Of a stretch of 64,000 nucleotides of DNA, positions 1-9,227 are shown one piece after another. The stretch comes from Aureliella sp. GTDB taxonomy: Bacteria > Planctomycetota > Planctomycetia > Pirellulales > Pirellulaceae. The translations under genes were made by a program, and so were the position numbers. The notes beneath the pieces are model-generated. The model had not been told where the DNA came from. It searched no databases and saw nothing but the letters and a program-made list of their open reading frames with translations. Position 1 is the first letter of the stretch, and each line of letters begins with the position of its first letter. The stretch spans positions 4,448,001 through 4,512,000 of the forward strand of contig OY829846.1 in the NCBI GenBank assembly GCA_963691875.1, given 5' to 3'.

Positions 1-1
1 C

Positions 2-493
2 AAAGGTCTGCTGTACTGTGCGCCTCAAGACTGTCCTGAGCTATTTGCCTTGGACGTTTCTCAGGGCGGTTTAGTTTGGTCCACTGACGGTGAGCAAGTG
101 GCAGACGCAATCCACTTGCTTGGAGTTTCTGAGGAACATCTCGTTGTAAGTGGTGATCGTTTAACTTGGCTCGATCGCCGGACTGGTCGCGTGGCAGCGC
201 GATATCCGGGAGGATCAACCACTGCTATCCTGAATGCTCTGCCAGACCCCCGTGGACTAGGGCGCGGCGTGATTTCGGAGGATGAAGTCTACTGGCCAGT
301 GTCCGGCGAGTTGCTGGTTTTCCGCTTGGGTTTAGATGCATCTGCTGGTCAGCGCGGCCCTTCGCTCGATGTGTCGCCAACTCTGCTGCGAAGGGTTGCT
401 CTCGGCGCCCGTGCTAGAGAGGGCGGGAATCTCGTGGCAACATCGACTGTTTTACTCTACGCAAGTCCGACGCGAATCATGGTATTTGATTGA
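2..493 (+). CDS. C-terminal part of a PQQ-like beta-propeller repeat protein (starts before the window)
   Basis: Frame is open from base 2 (KGLLYCAPQDCPELFALDVSQGGLVWS...). Contains propeller-blade-like motifs LFALD..G.LVW and WLDRRTGRV. Confidence 0.6.
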   Translation, partial: KGLLYCAPQDCPELFALDVSQGGLVWSTDGEQVADAIHLLGVSEEHLVVSGDRLTWLDRRTGRVAARYPGGSTTAILNALPDPRGLGRGVISEDEVYWPVSGELLVFRLGLDASAGQRGPSLDVSPTLLRRVALGARAREGGNLVATSTVLLYASPTRIMVFD

Positions 494-654
494 GAGCTCT
501 ATTTTCGCTAGCAAATCTGTCATGATTCTGCATTGCGGCAAAAACGCGTCAATTTCTTAATTTTTCTACGTCGTTGGCGAGACAAGTTGGTCAAAAAAGC
601 TTCCTAACGGTCAGTGGATTCCTGGCGAGAGCACCGAAGAATGCCCGTACATTC

Positions 655-703
655 TGCCCAGTTTGCTGAGATTGTTGCCCAGTCTGCTGAGCTTGTTGCC
701 CAG
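655..703. repeat. 21-bp tandem repeat, 2.3 copies (TGCCCAGTYTGCTGAGMTTGT)
   Basis: tgcccagtttgctgagattgt at 655-675, tgcccagtctgctgagcttgt at 676-696, tgcccag at 697-703. Intergenic. Confidence 0.85.
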
Positions 704-882
704 GAAGGGTGAGACTGTTCACTATGAGATCTTCTTATACAAAAATCCACGTTTGTATCTGTTTTGGTATGTCCTAAACTACAAGAGGGAATCTGAAGAT
801 CGTCTAGTGCCGATTAATGTTCTCATCCGACCGTTAGGGGGTTCTACGGTACGGCTCCTGTTCTTTGCGAAGTGACTTTGGC

Positions 883-1104
883 ATGGTTTCATCTCTTGAG
901 CGTTTGAGTAACTCACTTAAGGTTGAGAAATCGCCTGAGCTCCGCCAACGCATGATTGTGGAAGCGCTTCAAGAAGGCTGTTCAATTGAGGAAGTTCGAG
1001 AACTGCTAGATTCACTGGAAATAGAACGCCAGGCCAAAAGCGTTGTCGCCTCAAGAAAGTGGCGTTTTCCACTATTCGCCCGCCCAGCCAAGGGGGCCGG
1101 CTGA
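883..1104 (+). CDS. small hypothetical protein
   Basis: ORF 865..1104 with an in-frame ATG at 883. Helical, charged, protein-like composition. Confidence 0.55.
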   Translation: MVSSLERLSNSLKVEKSPELRQRMIVEALQEGCSIEEVRELLDSLEIERQAKSVVASRKWRFPLFARPAKGAG

Positions 1105-1299
1105 CTCATGTTGCGCCGTATATCCCATATGAACGCTAGAACCCCGTCAATTGCAACTCCTTAGCGGCACTCGCTACAGGGTTTAGCGAAGTCTCGAAAC
1201 GGATGGGTCTTGGATGACCTAGCGTTTTTCTAGAATTGTCCCACTTTTCTCCCTGAACGATCTCTCTGCTGCTCGTGAGCTCTGAGAAATCCCCATTAC

Positions 1300-2025
1300 A
1301 TGCGCCGTAACAAAGACAACCCGCTGCAACTTTCTATGGCTCAGTCATTTGACGAGCGCTGCGGAGCTTTCGCGCTGATCAATCGCTGTTACAGCAATGC
1401 AGGGCTGTCGGAGGCCATGGGGCAGCATTATCGTGTGACCAAGTATCAGCTTCTGCTAGAAAGCCGCGTCTTCATCAGCAAGTTAGCGGATGAGGTGGTA
1501 GCCACGGTTTCATTGATACCCGATACAGCAGAACATGGCCTGCCGATGGACATGATCTATAGCGCAGAGCTGGATGTTCTGCGCGCTAAAGGTAAGAGAA
1601 TAGCAGAGGTCGGCTGCCTCGCTGATCGGCGGCGAGATCCCAGAAGGTTTATTGACAACTTCTGCAATCTGACACGGTTAATGGCCCAATATTCGGTGCA
1701 GCAATCCATCGACGGTTTCGTGATCATGGTCCATCCACGTCACACGAAGTTTTACAAGACGCTGAACTTTAAGGAAGTTGGTGGCCTGACCAATTATCCA
1801 GTAGTCGGCAACCTTCCAGCGGTAGCTCTGTTCTTGGAATTCGAAGTTGCACGTATCGAGACGCCAAGACGTTACAGCCTGTTTTTCGATGACAAAGTTG
1901 AGCCAGACTCCATCTCGAACGGTCAGATGCAGCAAGAAGAAGTGAACTACTTCCAGAATTATGTTATCAACGCTGAACCACAACTGTTCAGTGCTGAACC
2001 TGAGTTTGCGTCAGAGGCCGTGTGA
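1300..2025 (+). CDS. N-acyl amino acid synthase, FeeM/NasY-type GNAT (OxzA-like)
   Basis: Motifs AFALINRCY..AG, VATVSLIPD...GLPMD.IY..ELD.LR..G.RIAEVGCLA and VHPRH..FY...F......YP.VG..PAVAL are typical of the FeeM family. Confidence 0.85.
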   Translation: MRRNKDNPLQLSMAQSFDERCGAFALINRCYSNAGLSEAMGQHYRVTKYQLLLESRVFISKLADEVVATVSLIPDTAEHGLPMDMIYSAELDVLRAKGKRIAEVGCLADRRRDPRRFIDNFCNLTRLMAQYSVQQSIDGFVIMVHPRHTKFYKTLNFKEVGGLTNYPVVGNLPAVALFLEFEVARIETPRRYSLFFDDKVEPDSISNGQMQQEEVNYFQNYVINAEPQLFSAEPEFASEAV

Positions 2026-2465
2026 ACAAAAGATTGTTTATCCCTTCTTGAGAAGGAGAAGCCATCAACTTAAATTTCACCGTTTTGAAGCGACCTAGAA
2101 CTGTTGGTCGAGCTTGAGATCGTCCAGCGACGCCGCCTCAGAGTCTGCACCAGTCTCTACTTTAGAGCTATCGGTGATCCATTGCTGTAGATGGACTTCC
2201 ACAAACTTGACGATCGAAGCTGGCAATTCCTGCGGAGTCTCTATCAGAGGTTGCTCAACAGTGGACGGATTCCTATCACGTTCAGGGTTCAGCAATTCGA
2301 CCAACGCAAGATCCACATTCACTCTGAGCTTGAACCGAGCGGCTGGAGGGTCAGCAATATATTGCGGGTAATGGTTGCCATCTGCTGGGTCGAAGACTCT
2401 GCTCGACCACGAAAAACCTTGTGCTTACTCCGGTATCCCACATTAGATCTGGCATTTGCTCGCTG

Positions 2466-3146
2466 TTAAGCCAGCAAATAGTATAACGCGAGCTTGAGGT
2501 ACTCGAGCCAAATTGCGGAGGAAAGCTCTGCACTGTGAGCTGGCATTGAGGCCGAGTAGATAGCGATCTCGGCAGCTGGAAGTACCCGTTGAAAGCACAA
2601 TCGACTACGGCGTGTGTGCGGGGCAGAAGTGATAACGATAATACTGCCTTGGACATTTACGTTCGCCGCGAAGGAATGTGCTTCACCCGACGAGCTGAGA
2701 AGGGCGGATTCATCCAAGGGTACGGTCAGAATGGCAGAGTCGGGCACTCCCCACATCTGAAGTACCATGCGCGCTTTTTCGGCCCTTGAGATAGAACGTT
2801 TCAGCCCGAAGTGGTAACCAGAAGAATCTGTCTGGTGAGAAATGTAGATTCGCTCAATTCGATCCCAATGATACAGATCACTGGCCGCCCGCAATCGCTC
2901 GTAAGAAGCACTCCCACCGGCCATGACGTAGGCACATTCACCTTCTGCATCATTGTCATGAACGTAGAGCGGCCACATCATCGTCGCACGCACTACAGTG
3001 ATAGTGGGCAGCCCGACAAAAAGAGTCCATGCTGTTAGCAGCCAGATGAGTCTACGAGTCCATCTTGAGGCGAATGAGCCGTTTCTGATTGATCTCTTTG
3101 ACTCATCTTCTAATGATGTTGATGTATCCGAGGCATCTCGTTGCAT
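2466..3146 (-). CDS. YdcF/DUF218 (ElyC/SanA-like) family membrane-anchored protein
   Basis: N-terminal TM helix, then VMAGG...ERL..A..LY, GVP..AI and IIVITSAPHTRRS...F motifs. Confidence 0.8.
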   Translation of the reverse strand: MQRDASDTSTSLEDESKRSIRNGSFASRWTRRLIWLLTAWTLFVGLPTITVVRATMMWPLYVHDNDAEGECAYVMAGGSASYERLRAASDLYHWDRIERIYISHQTDSSGYHFGLKRSISRAEKARMVLQMWGVPDSAILTVPLDESALLSSSGEAHSFAANVNVQGSIIVITSAPHTRRSRLCFQRVLPAAEIAIYSASMPAHSAELSSAIWLEYLKLALYYLLA

Positions 3147-6100
3147 AGGCTCGTAGAGTTCGATTCGGTAGCATGTTGGGTTTCCTGGCTCAATTGATTG
3201 ACCTCATGCAACAGTCGCTCTTCCATTGCTAGTTCGGATGAGGTCTCGCCAAAGTTGTTTCGCCAAGTCTGTAAAGCTCCAGCGTGACTCAGTGGCAATG
3301 CTTGCACTTGGCATTTCGCCCATGCTGCGAATGCAGATGGAACAAAAGTCACGGCCATCAGTGTCGCGCCCAAGATACCACCACCAATCACAATTGCCAA
3401 AGGTGGCCAGAATCCACCCCCGCCGATCACAAGAGGCAGGAAGCCAAACATGGTCGTGAAAGTCGTGCACAATACGTGGCGAGTGGCTTCCATGACAATC
3501 TGGACAATCCGTTCTTGGTCTCCACGAAGCGCTGCTTGATCCGTTCGCAATGCACTCAACACTACGATCGCATCGTTAATTGCGACACCGACCAAGCCGA
3601 CAGTTCCGACAATAGCCGCAAAGCCGAATGGGAAGCCGAATAGATAAAGTGACCCACAGCCCAGGCCAATTGAACACAAGCCAACTCCCGCAATAACTGC
3701 AGCGAGTCGATATGATCCAAGTGTGATGACTAAAACCGCTGCGATGGCGAGTGCTAGAAAAGGTACGTACTGCAACAGCATGCCTATCGCATCGTTCCGC
3801 TCTCTAGCTTCGCCTCCAAATTCGAAGTGGTAGCCATCCGGTAGCATCAAGGGATCTGCTGCAACTTGTTCCTCAAAAGCAGCGACGACGTCTGCAGGGA
3901 GTACTCCCAAGTTAAGAAACACTTGAATCTCATTCATCCGCAGTGCGTTGCGGTGCGTGATCGAAGCGATCTGAGGCTTGATTTCTACATCTGCAAGCGA
4001 GATCAGAGGAGTCATCTTTAAGGATGAGTGCTGTTTGGCTTCGCGAGTATATGCAGCACTTGGCAAGAGCGATGCGCTCTCAATACTGGGAAGAGAGGAT
4101 TTGAATTCGCTGGACACGGTGACACGCACCGGAATCTCTTCTTTTCCTTCGAGCAGCGAGCCTGCGGGCAGACCTTCCATTTGCGAGTAAAGTTGTTTAC
4201 CAATCGCATCCTCATTTAGCCCTGCAGCTCGGGCTCGTAATGGATCAATGGAAATCTCTACTTGGGGACGAGTTTCGTTTGCGTCTGAGCGAACTGCTAG
4301 AACACCAGGAAGGCTCATTAGTCGATGGTGTATGTCCTGACCAATTTGAGTGAGCATTTCTAAATCTGGGCCGTAGAGCAATACTTCGACTGGCGCATTC
4401 AGTGGGGGACCTTGTTCGAATCGTCTGATGGTGACGCGTGCACCTAGAAATTCTTGGTCAAGCTGCTTCTGGAGCTGGGCCAGTTTTTCGTCGCTGACTG
4501 TTGGTTCAGCTGATTGCACGATGCCCTGCGCATAGCTGGGGGTATTGTCTCGCAGCGGAATCAAGTTGTAATAGAAAGTGGGAGCACTCGCTCCCAAGAA
4601 CCACGAGACTCGTTCTGTTTCAAGCTCCTCTCGAAGTCGCTTTTCTATTCCAGCCGTTGTGCGACGTGACTCTTCAATCGAAGAACGGGCACTCAGCTCG
4701 ACTTCGATCTGAAATTGGTCTCGATCAGAGGGCGGAAAGAATTGTTCGCTCAGAAGCGTTGCACAGCTGAAGCCAGCGATGGGTAAGATAAGCCCAGTAG
4801 TTATTCCGACTCGCGGGTGGCGGACAAGGAATCCAACAACGCGACGATACTGTTTGGCGATAGCTGGTATCTGGAGACCATGCGTCCAGGAACTTCGTTG
4901 CCCTGCGTCAGGGGATTTTCTCACAGGCAACAGGCGGGTTGCAATCGCTGGCAGCAATGTGAGCGAGACAATGAGTGAGCTGGATATTGCCAGTATTACA
5001 ATGGAACCGATGGTCCCGACAAACTCGCCGGTTGGACCTGGCATTGTCGCCAAAGGTAGAAAGGCTAGGGCTGTGGTCAGCGTCGAGCCACTCAAGGGAA
5101 TAGCCAGTCGACGTATCGTGTAGCCCAAGGCTCGAACGCGACTTCGATTGCGGCAGAGTTCTTGACCGACTTCATCCACTGCAATGATGGCGTTGTCGAT
5201 AAGCATTCCTAAGGCCAGCACCAAGCCAGTAACTGACATTTGATGCAGAGGCAAGTCAAGGGCTCGCATTCCGCAAAGAACCATCAGCGCGACAAGTGGA
5301 AGCGCTAGCGTCACGACCATCGCAGAATGCCACCCCATCAGCACGAGCGTCACGAAGCAGACGGCCGCAGTTCCCAAAGCCAGGTTCCCGAGCAGCGTCG
5401 ACATGCGCGTCGAGACATACTGGTCTTGAATCAGTAGGCGTTGCAGTGAGTAATCGAGTGCTAGTTCGCCTTCAAACTCGCTGCTTACTTGCTCGACGGC
5501 TTCGGTCCAAGGCGCAATTTGTTGACTCGCATCCAGCCTCGCTGCGATTACGGTTGCGGACGAGCCATCCACAATTGCCAAAGTATCTGCGGGGTCTTTG
5601 GCTTTTCGCTCGATGGTCGCTATGTCTCGCAGCCGGAGTATCCCGAACTTATCGCTACGAATGGGGCTCTCAGCGACGGCTTCGACCGATCGAAATTGGC
5701 TCCCGATTTGCATGACAAACTCACTGCTTTCACCGCGAATCTGACCGGCTGATTCCTTTGCATCGGCAGCGGAGAGACTAGCCGCGACTTCGGCTACACT
5801 GATTCCCAGCGCGGCAGTTTTTGCAGTATCGATGTGAATGACGACTTCATCTTCGGGTTCGCAGAATAGGTCGACGCTCTTCGTGCCAGAAATGGCTCGG
5901 ATTCGGTCCCGCAGCTGGCGAGCCAGCTCGCGCATTTCAGCCGCGTCACGAGATGCGTCTTGCGAGCATGCAATTGCACCGATCCATGCGTAGGCTGAAA
6001 CCTCAATGTCATCAATCTGCGGCTTGGTTGCTTCGGCGGGTAGTTCTGCTTCACATTCTTGCAGTTTATTCGCGATATCGGACCAAACGGGTGTCGGATC

Positions 6101-6454
6101 TGCAATCCGATCGTCGACTTCAAAGATGATTCGCGAAACGCTCGGGCGACTTTGTGACCGAAGACGCTTTACTTCGGGGATCTGAATCAGCCTGGCCTCA
6201 ATCTTTTCAGTGATTGTGGCTTCGACATGTTTCGCGCTGGCACCCGGTAGGAGAGTTGTGATTGCAACCGCCCGCTGTGTCAGCGGCGGATCTTCAGTCT
6301 GAGGAAGTTGCCAAAAAGCGACAAGCCCCGCAAGTAGTGTTAGCGCCAATGCTAACACAGCTGCTCGCGAGTTTTGGAAGAACCAGATGGCCGGAGCGGC
6401 TGTCCAGGAGTTTTGTTTATCGGAGTTTGCATGCTTCATCGATGGGGCATTCAT
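3110..6454 (-). CDS. RND efflux transporter permease (AcrB/AcrD/AcrF family)
   Basis: 1114 aa with two large periplasmic loops and 12 TM-like segments. Motifs PGASA..VE..IT.KIE, GMLIDNAI, GVAINDAIV and TT..G.LPL. Confidence 0.95.
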   Translation of the reverse strand: MNAPSMKHANSDKQNSWTAAPAIWFFQNSRAAVLALALTLLAGLVAFWQLPQTEDPPLTQRAVAITTLLPGASAKHVEATITEKIEARLIQIPEVKRLRSQSRPSVSRIIFEVDDRIADPTPVWSDIANKLQECEAELPAEATKPQIDDIEVSAYAWIGAIACSQDASRDAAEMRELARQLRDRIRAISGTKSVDLFCEPEDEVVIHIDTAKTAALGISVAEVAASLSAADAKESAGQIRGESSEFVMQIGSQFRSVEAVAESPIRSDKFGILRLRDIATIERKAKDPADTLAIVDGSSATVIAARLDASQQIAPWTEAVEQVSSEFEGELALDYSLQRLLIQDQYVSTRMSTLLGNLALGTAAVCFVTLVLMGWHSAMVVTLALPLVALMVLCGMRALDLPLHQMSVTGLVLALGMLIDNAIIAVDEVGQELCRNRSRVRALGYTIRRLAIPLSGSTLTTALAFLPLATMPGPTGEFVGTIGSIVILAISSSLIVSLTLLPAIATRLLPVRKSPDAGQRSSWTHGLQIPAIAKQYRRVVGFLVRHPRVGITTGLILPIAGFSCATLLSEQFFPPSDRDQFQIEVELSARSSIEESRRTTAGIEKRLREELETERVSWFLGASAPTFYYNLIPLRDNTPSYAQGIVQSAEPTVSDEKLAQLQKQLDQEFLGARVTIRRFEQGPPLNAPVEVLLYGPDLEMLTQIGQDIHHRLMSLPGVLAVRSDANETRPQVEISIDPLRARAAGLNEDAIGKQLYSQMEGLPAGSLLEGKEEIPVRVTVSSEFKSSLPSIESASLLPSAAYTREAKQHSSLKMTPLISLADVEIKPQIASITHRNALRMNEIQVFLNLGVLPADVVAAFEEQVAADPLMLPDGYHFEFGGEARERNDAIGMLLQYVPFLALAIAAVLVITLGSYRLAAVIAGVGLCSIGLGCGSLYLFGFPFGFAAIVGTVGLVGVAINDAIVVLSALRTDQAALRGDQERIVQIVMEATRHVLCTTFTTMFGFLPLVIGGGGFWPPLAIVIGGGILGATLMAVTFVPSAFAAWAKCQVQALPLSHAGALQTWRNNFGETSSELAMEERLLHEVNQLSQETQHATESNSTSLCNEMPRIHQHH

Positions 6455-7761
6455 AGCTTGTGGTCCGATGACTTCTGAAGGACACGTACAAGCTGGTTGG
6501 GGGCGATGCGATGCAATCCTTTGTGGATGACCAGACGCTCTGGCTCCAGCTCTACATCAATTTCCGAAAAGTTGTCTTCTGTCTTCAAGACTCTGACTGG
6601 CATCGTCTCGGTCTGAAAAACATCCGTGCTTCGTGTGGGATGAGCAACGAAAATCGTCCATTCACCCCGTTGAGATGACAAAGCTTCACTTGGTATCCAT
6701 ATGCTGGTCCCATTACTGGCCTCATGGACACTAACCTCAACGGACTCGCCCGAAGCGATGTTGAGCTCTACTCGGTCAAAGCTCAGCTTGGCCAAGCGTG
6801 TGCCAGTCGTCGCGTTCAGTGCCGGCGCGAGTGCTAAAAGTCGAGATGGGATTTCTTGATCATCGATTCTGACGCTTGCCGTCACAGAACCAGCCGCGAG
6901 TTTGTTGGCAACTTGGGGCGGCAAAGCGATGTGAACCTGCAGTTGATTTTCTACGAGTTCGACAATAGGTTGCCCTGGTTGGACGACTTCGCCCTTTTCG
7001 ACCAAACGAGACTGAACGTATCCGTCAAACGGAGCTTTGATCGTTGCATTATTCAGGTCATCCTGGCAGCGTTGCAGAACTGCTTCTGCAGCCAAAACGG
7101 CTGACTGCTGTGCGAGAATGTCTTCGTCACGCGTTCCTTCGATTAGTAGCTGATGGGAAAACGCTGCCGCCTTCAGTGTTGCCTCAGCGGCAGAGAGTGC
7201 GAATCGAGCGTTGTCGAGATCGCGAGGCGAGATAACTCCGGGGCGCTCAACTGACGTGACACGATCATGCTCCGCCTGGCACATGCCAACATTTGCCTCA
7301 GCTTCTTGAACAAGGGCTAAGGCACGGGCGATCTCGCTCTTGCGCGGACCCGCCTGCAATTTCTTGAGTTGTGCTTTTGCGGAAGACAGTTCAGCTCGAG
7401 CTTGAGCGACGCTAGCCTGGAGACCGGTTCGGTTTAGCTCAACCAGGTTTTGCCCGGTAGTGACAAACTGGCCAATCTCGATTTTGACCTCCTCGGCGCG
7501 CCCGAGTGTTTGGGCAGCAACCGTGGAAATGCGTGTCGCCTGTACAATTCCCTGGAACCTTCGTTCTGATCCTGGCTTGCTGAAAAACTCATGCGCCGGC
7601 TTTGCCGCAACAAATACAAGTTGCGTCTCGGCGGCTTCTGGCTGCGTTGAATGAAGAAAGCTCATAGCATCGCTAGGCAAATTGCTCGTGAATGCGAAGG
7701 TGCCGACGATGCCTAGAACTAGCGCAAACGTGACTTTAGTTATCGAGAAGAGTTCGGCCAT
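6451..7761 (-). CDS. RND efflux periplasmic adaptor (MFP, HlyD-like)
   Basis: Lipoyl half-motifs (G.FV..GQ.LVEL; IKAPFDGYV....VEKGEVVQPGQPI) flank a coiled coil. ATGA overlap with the permease. Start ATG 7761 preferred over 7881. Confidence 0.9.
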   Translation of the reverse strand: MAELFSITKVTFALVLGIVGTFAFTSNLPSDAMSFLHSTQPEAAETQLVFVAAKPAHEFFSKPGSERRFQGIVQATRISTVAAQTLGRAEEVKIEIGQFVTTGQNLVELNRTGLQASVAQARAELSSAKAQLKKLQAGPRKSEIARALALVQEAEANVGMCQAEHDRVTSVERPGVISPRDLDNARFALSAAEATLKAAAFSHQLLIEGTRDEDILAQQSAVLAAEAVLQRCQDDLNNATIKAPFDGYVQSRLVEKGEVVQPGQPIVELVENQLQVHIALPPQVANKLAAGSVTASVRIDDQEIPSRLLALAPALNATTGTRLAKLSFDRVELNIASGESVEVSVHEASNGTSIWIPSEALSSQRGEWTIFVAHPTRSTDVFQTETMPVRVLKTEDNFSEIDVELEPERLVIHKGLHRIAPNQLVRVLQKSSDHKL

Positions 7762-8171
7762 GCTGGCCCTCGCTAGAAATGTTACGCGGTCGACCCTAGC
7801 CTCGATGTACTGACGGATTTTCAGCGAGGCAATCCGATAAAATGGAACAGCAAAGCTTTGGTCGCCCAACAGGCGTGTCAATCAAAGGGCAGCAAGCTTG
7901 ACTTCATTGCAGGTCGTACTGGCGCGAATGTAAGGGTTGCGCGCAAGGCAATCAGGAGGTTGTCAGCAGCCGATGGCTGATCTGCGACAGACTACTCGCA
8001 ATTCTAGTGCATGCTTAGTTCAATAGAGGTGAACCGTTTTGCCCCTAAACGCTGAAGGTCCCTCTCATTCCAGTTAATGTTTCAGATCGCCTCGAGCCGT
8101 TAGAGGGGTGCGAATTACTCCCGCGACTTAACGCGCATCGGCAAGCCTGGGTTGAGGCCATTGGTCGCGGC

Positions 8172-9089
8172 TTGCTGCACAGGACATTCGTACTGGAGCA
8201 CCGTAATGCTTTAGGTGAAGTTGACGGTCTGTTGCCACTTGCTCTTGTCCAAAGTCTGCTATTCGGCAGGTTTCTCGTCAGCTTGCCCTACGTAAACACC
8301 GGTGGAGTGTGGGCAGGTAACGAAGATGTAGCCCGAGAGTTAATTGATGAAGCATGTGACTTAGCGGATCAGCACAACGTGAAGTACCTGGAGCTACGTC
8401 ATGAGCGTCCAGTCGAACACCCAAGGCTAAACTTCAGCCGTACCGATAAGAAACACATGCGGCTTACACTGCCAGAAAGTGCTGAAGAACTGGATCGTAG
8501 TTTCAAATCGAAACTACGCAGCCAAGTTAAGAAAAGCAACGAGTATGGATCGTCGTTGCAAGTCGGAGGGGCAGAGTTACTTCCCGAGTTCTACGAGATC
8601 TTCGCGATCAATATGCGAGACCTGGGCACTCCAGTGTTTTCGCAGAACCTATTTCTCAACATCTTAAACAGCTTTGAAGGCGACGCAGAGATCTGCCTAG
8701 TGCGTCAGAAGGGCAGGGCAGTTGCAGCTGGATTGCTGGTGCACGCTGGCGGAGTCACAGAAGTACCCAGCGCGAGTAGCCTGCGAGAATACAATCGCAC
8801 GAATGCGAACATGTGGATGTATCGTAACATGTTGGCTCGAGCCATTGAACGCGGAAGCCATACTTTCGATTTCGGGCGTAGCAGCGAAGGTGCTGGAACC
8901 TACAAATTCAAAGCTCAGTGGGGCGCCAAACCAGAGCCCGCGCACTGGCAGTACTACGTGCGAAAAGGCTCGCCAGGAGATATGCGTCCCGATTCGGATG
9001 GGAAACAGCGTCTTGTTCAGATCTGGCAGAAATTACCTGTTTGCCTCACCCGTATCATCGGCCCTAGCATCGTCCGTGGCATTCCGTAG
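8172..9089 (+). CDS. FemAB-like protein, PEP-CTERM/XrtA system-associated (true start probably upstream, near 8052)
   Basis: GLLPL..V.S.LFG.FLVSLPY.N.GG, YLELR, KLRSQVKK, NMRDLGTP, FDFGRS..G.GTYKFK.QWGA.P and WQKLP.....IGP.IVRGIP. Confidence 0.92.
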   Translation: MLHRTFVLEHRNALGEVDGLLPLALVQSLLFGRFLVSLPYVNTGGVWAGNEDVARELIDEACDLADQHNVKYLELRHERPVEHPRLNFSRTDKKHMRLTLPESAEELDRSFKSKLRSQVKKSNEYGSSLQVGGAELLPEFYEIFAINMRDLGTPVFSQNLFLNILNSFEGDAEICLVRQKGRAVAAGLLVHAGGVTEVPSASSLREYNRTNANMWMYRNMLARAIERGSHTFDFGRSSEGAGTYKFKAQWGAKPEPAHWQYYVRKGSPGDMRPDSDGKQRLVQIWQKLPVCLTRIIGPSIVRGIP

Positions 9090-9227
9090 TTTTATTGTCG
9101 AGTTCTAGCTTTCAGTTAGAAGACGACAACGAATTACTCATTCTCTCTAGCGCTTAGCAGTTCTCGAGGGATAGTCGGGTACTTCCCTCTACGCCTCTAC
9201 GCGTGGGCTGTGCCCGGAGAGGGACGG

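Noticed and set aside
655..703. Possible CRISPR array
   Set aside because: The repeats are contiguous with no unique spacers, there are only 2.3 copies, and no cas genes are present.
2095..2469. Short ORFs 2095..2322(-), 2114..2371(+) and 2191..2469(+)
   Set aside because: They overlap each other and have no recognisable motifs. The minus-strand 75-aa ORF may be real but cannot be supported.
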